Shown here piece after piece: positions 56,050 to 59,095 of a DNA stretch of 59,095 bases. The stretch's first letter is position 1, and each line of letters opens with the position of its first letter. The position numbers were made by a program, and so were the translations under genes. Under the pieces are notes generated by a model that made no database searches, was not told the origin of the DNA, and saw only the letters and a program-made list of their open reading frames with translations. Origin of the DNA: a virus (taxonomy: Duplodnaviria; Caudoviricetes). The DNA lies in the IMG/VR virus record IMGVR_UViG_3300046169_000006, positions 1 to 59,095 of that record. One strand, 5' to 3'.

Positions 56050-59000
56050 TAGGTTATCTTTCCTATGCGGACCCGAACTTGGTTATCGGAGTCAATCACT
56101 TCTATCTTTTCGTGTGTCATATTAAGGCGGTTAGTGTTGCTACCCCCGACGATATCTAAAGAACCTCTGAACGTGGCATTGTTCATTGTCATTTGGCCTG
56201 ATTTATCTATTTTCCACCCCGTTTTATTTGCCGCGCTCCAAGAGGCGGATTGAATAGTATTCCCAATATACGCGTTTGTAATCGCACCGTTGGCAATATA
56301 CGTTGAGATGTTAGCTGCGGTGATCTCGTCCAAGGTCGCGAAGTCGCCCTGATTAGCGATACTAGCAGCCGCGTTTTCACTAGTAGTATCAGCCACCTTT
56401 TGCCAATGGCTGGCAGCGTAACTCCCAGTGCCTTTACCTGTTTTACACCTATACAACCCTACGGCCGCCCCCCTATCCCAGAGGTCCCCTACGTCGTACG
56501 GAGTTGTAGGCTGCGAAACAAACACGCGCCTTTTCCCGTCTGCGGTGTCTTGCGCGTCAACTGCCTTACTGTACGCATCTACCGCCTGCTGGTCTGTAAG
56601 TTCTACCCATTTGTACCCGCTCTGGTACACATAGCGAAATAGTTTTGCGTCCTGTGTCTTCCACCAGAAATCCCCTAAATGAAGACTTTTCTCGTCGTTA
56701 TTAGCCCAACCCAGTTGAGGGTCTGAACTCTGGAAAAAGGACTCAACTTTACCATCTAAAGTTCCAGCGAGCTCTGAACTCAGATCAGCATGGTTAACCG
56801 CGTCTTTACTGGCCAGATCCCCAGCGTCAGAAACTTTGGCAAGTGTTATTGTGTTATAGGACGCTAACTCGCCTAGGTCTTCAACCATGTTTTGTTTAAG
56901 TGGTGTACCGGCTTGAAGAACAATGTTCCCGTTGTTGTCTTTAATCGACAACCCTCTAGTGTCTATTTTAGTAGAGTCTATAGAACCAGCTTCGATACGT
57001 GCAGCGTCAATAAACCCAGCGGTAATCTTGGCAGCGTCCATAGAAGCAATCTTTGCATCATCGACAGCTAACTGACCTATCTTGGCGTTGTTAATCGTAC
57101 CGTCAGCAATGAACGCATCTGTTATGTAAACTCCCGCAGGTGCTAACACTCCATTGATCGTCGTGGGAGAAGACCGAACAATAAATGGAAGGTTCTGAGG
57201 GTCCGTACTCCACGAGGAGCCGGTGTAGTATTTGGTAACATTTGCCCCGTCACTCGTGTCTACCCAGACTTTGCCTTTGTAAAGGTTCGCCGTTGGCGCA
57301 GAAGCACTGTGAGAGGCTGGGGGCGCTATAAAAAACGAGTCAGCTTTGATACCAAACTCAGACGTTGGGTTTGACGTGTTGCCGGTAGAGATCAAACCGT
57401 ACCCTGACACATGCCCAGCGGCATCTATCTTCACCGTATTTTTTGCCTTAATCGCGCCATCAGCAGCTACCCGAGCAGACGTCTCAGTACTTACTGCCGC
57501 AGTAATATCACCCCCTAAAGATGCTTGTGCCGTGGTGATTTGACTAGACAAGGCAGAGTCCTGCGTCGATCTAGTTTGCCTCTCTACCTCCAACGCGGCT
57601 TCTAGGGCTGATTTGTTACTGCCCACGGTAGACGTCAAAGAAGTTACGTCAGAAGCAGTCGACGAAATATCAGTCGTATGTGTATTCAACGTACTGTTGA
57701 TAGTCGCTAGGCTGTTGTTTGTGCTTGTTACTAACGTCTGAATACTGGTGGCTAATGCTTCGTCTTCAGTAACACGAGATGTCTTTTCCGAGCGAATGGC
57801 AGAGAACCAGTCAGCAAACCCAAAGTCCATTGCGTCAACCCACGCAGTGCCGTCGTAACGGTACATTCGCATTGAGCTGATCGAATAGTCACCTTCGATA
57901 TAGTCATCTGCAAGTGTTACATCAGTGTCGATCCACAAGTCGCCGGGGCTAAGAGGTGCATCTTCAGTCGGAGTCGGAGCTCCTGCTTGGTAAAACACAC
58001 GAGACTTTGTATTCGCAAACGCTGTAAACGTTTCAATCTCAGAGGCTAGTGCAGTATCAGCCGCGCTTCTCGCTTCTCGCTCTGAGTGGATTAAACCTTG
58101 CGCAAGCAGGGAAACGTCATCACCAACGTAGTCTCCGCGAAGCTGAGATGCTAAAGTACTTATCTCACTGATACGAGAAGTGTCAGCGTCTTGTAATATA
58201 TCAATCTGACTAGTATGCGCAGCAACAGCATCACCTAGGGTAGCGTACTCGCCAATCTGTTCCCACTTGGTAGTGTCTGTTCCCGGAGTAACATTCGTAG
58301 ATGTAGCAAGGGCCACATACAAAAAGCCCTCGTAAACAACTTGGTCGTCTACCGCGTAAGCTGTAGAACTATCCCACGTGGGGAGGTTAAGAAGTTCGTT
58401 GACTTGGCCTTGTACAGTGGCAATACGAGCGGCGACAGAACCAGCAACATTCTCGCCACCATCAATTAAATCAATTCTATCACTTAGCGTAGCATTAAGT
58501 TCTGACTCAGATATCTGACTACTTAGTAATCCAATTAGATAGGCAGGGTCTTGACCCGTATCGCCACGTAAACCAGCAACAGCATTAAACGGACCCGCTA
58601 CACCTTCTACGTTTACAAAGCGTATCCAGTACCAACGAGAACCCCCTGCTCCAATGTTATGCACCCAAACTGAACCGGGGGCCATACCCACAAGAACCGC
58701 CTCACCTAAGGTAGGGTAGGTTTCAGGGTCTGCGTCTGCTTGTTCTTGCGTTTGCTGCGCTGCCCAAATCTCCGTATACGCGTGGCCTTGGTATGGAGCC
58801 TTATCCCATGTAACAATGATGTTTGCTATCGCCCCGTCAGCATCCAGATTCAATGGCGGTGGAGGTGTAGCGTAAATCATGTTTCCTGTTGAAGAGCCTA
58901 GGTTCCCGCCAGAGTACTGGGCCAAGCCAGCGGCAACGAGTTTACGCGCCGTTATGATTTCATCTAGCCCACGACCGTCGATGTTTTCTCGCAACCGGTC

Positions 59001-59057
59001 GATGAACTGACGTAAGTCTCTTGGGATATCACTGGAAACTGTAGGTAAACTAGGCAT
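56049..59057 (-). CDS. Tail fibre/central spike with CBM5/12-like module and J-like C-terminus
   Basis: FN3-like YWIRFVN..G..GPF; WDSSTAYAVDDQVVYEGFLYVAL...W; coiled coil; FIADGTINNAKIG; GWKIDKSG; C-terminal VRVRIG; ATG 59057 overlaps the upstream stop. Confidence 0.8.
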   Translation of the reverse strand: MPSLPTVSSDIPRDLRQFIDRLRENIDGRGLDEIITARKLVAAGLAQYSGGNLGSSTGNMIYATPPPPLNLDADGAIANIIVTWDKAPYQGHAYTEIWAAQQTQEQADADPETYPTLGEAVLVGMAPGSVWVHNIGAGGSRWYWIRFVNVEGVAGPFNAVAGLRGDTGQDPAYLIGLLSSQISESELNATLSDRIDLIDGGENVAGSVAARIATVQGQVNELLNLPTWDSSTAYAVDDQVVYEGFLYVALATSTNVTPGTDTTKWEQIGEYATLGDAVAAHTSQIDILQDADTSRISEISTLASQLRGDYVGDDVSLLAQGLIHSEREARSAADTALASEIETFTAFANTKSRVFYQAGAPTPTEDAPLSPGDLWIDTDVTLADDYIEGDYSISSMRMYRYDGTAWVDAMDFGFADWFSAIRSEKTSRVTEDEALATSIQTLVTSTNNSLATINSTLNTHTTDISSTASDVTSLTSTVGSNKSALEAALEVERQTRSTQDSALSSQITTAQASLGGDITAAVSTETSARVAADGAIKAKNTVKIDAAGHVSGYGLISTGNTSNPTSEFGIKADSFFIAPPASHSASAPTANLYKGKVWVDTSDGANVTKYYTGSSWSTDPQNLPFIVRSSPTTINGVLAPAGVYITDAFIADGTINNAKIGQLAVDDAKIASMDAAKITAGFIDAARIEAGSIDSTKIDTRGLSIKDNNGNIVLQAGTPLKQNMVEDLGELASYNTITLAKVSDAGDLASKDAVNHADLSSELAGTLDGKVESFFQSSDPQLGWANNDEKSLHLGDFWWKTQDAKLFRYVYQSGYKWVELTDQQAVDAYSKAVDAQDTADGKRRVFVSQPTTPYDVGDLWDRGAAVGLYRCKTGKGTGSYAASHWQKVADTTSENAAASIANQGDFATLDEITAANISTYIANGAITNAYIGNTIQSASWSAANKTGWKIDKSGQMTMNNATFRGSLDIVGGSNTNRLNMTHEKIEVIDSDNQVRVRIGKIT

Positions 59058-59095
59058 TTGCAAGCTCCGACATTGATGTTGCCATTGCTATAGAA
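59050..59095 (-). CDS. 3' end of the tail gene that starts at 1574
   Basis: In-frame continuation FSIAMATSMSELANA*; total length 1620 nt. Confidence 0.8.
   Translation of the reverse strand, partial: SIAMATSMSELANA

Noticed and set aside
43774-57543. Numerous plus-strand ORFs opposite the late genes
   Set aside because: Antisense shadows typical of codon bias; no RBS or recognisable motifs.

Overview
The window is a complete, circularly closed 59,095-bp genome of a temperate tailed phage with podovirus-like architecture. The minus-strand tail gene starting at 1574 runs off base 1 and continues in frame at 59095 to a stop at 59050. Minus arm (23620->1, continuing 59095->43815): terminase, portal, scaffold, major capsid, head-tail adaptors, tail fibres, a glycosyltransferase, a six-gene cassette of exported/membrane proteins, three basic microproteins, holin, GH19 endolysin, more tail proteins, a GNAT and three ejection-type proteins, one a 2314-aa PLxRFG/HExxH polyvalent protein. 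Plus arm (24280-42323): early genes (DenV-like, AAA+/vWA module) and replication genes (PolA, PD-(D/E)XK nuclease, VRR-NUC, HNH, SNF2, AlpA, SSB-like, primase-helicase). A tyrosine integrase sits beside an attP whose core is a tRNA 3' end. No CI-like repressor is recognisable. A marine alphaproteobacterial host is an inference only. Most notable: (1) an usher-less, pilin/chaperone-like exported-protein cassette; (2) a two-hairpin RNA next to attP whose loop is complementary to the AGGAGTAA RBS shared by the early genes; (3) a 16-bp palindromic operator on early, replication and late sigma70 promoters; (4) an alternative-fold/pseudoknot RNA ahead of the polymerase operon; (5) GCWGC depletion concentrated in the early arm. 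All product calls come from motif recognition by eye; no database searches were run.
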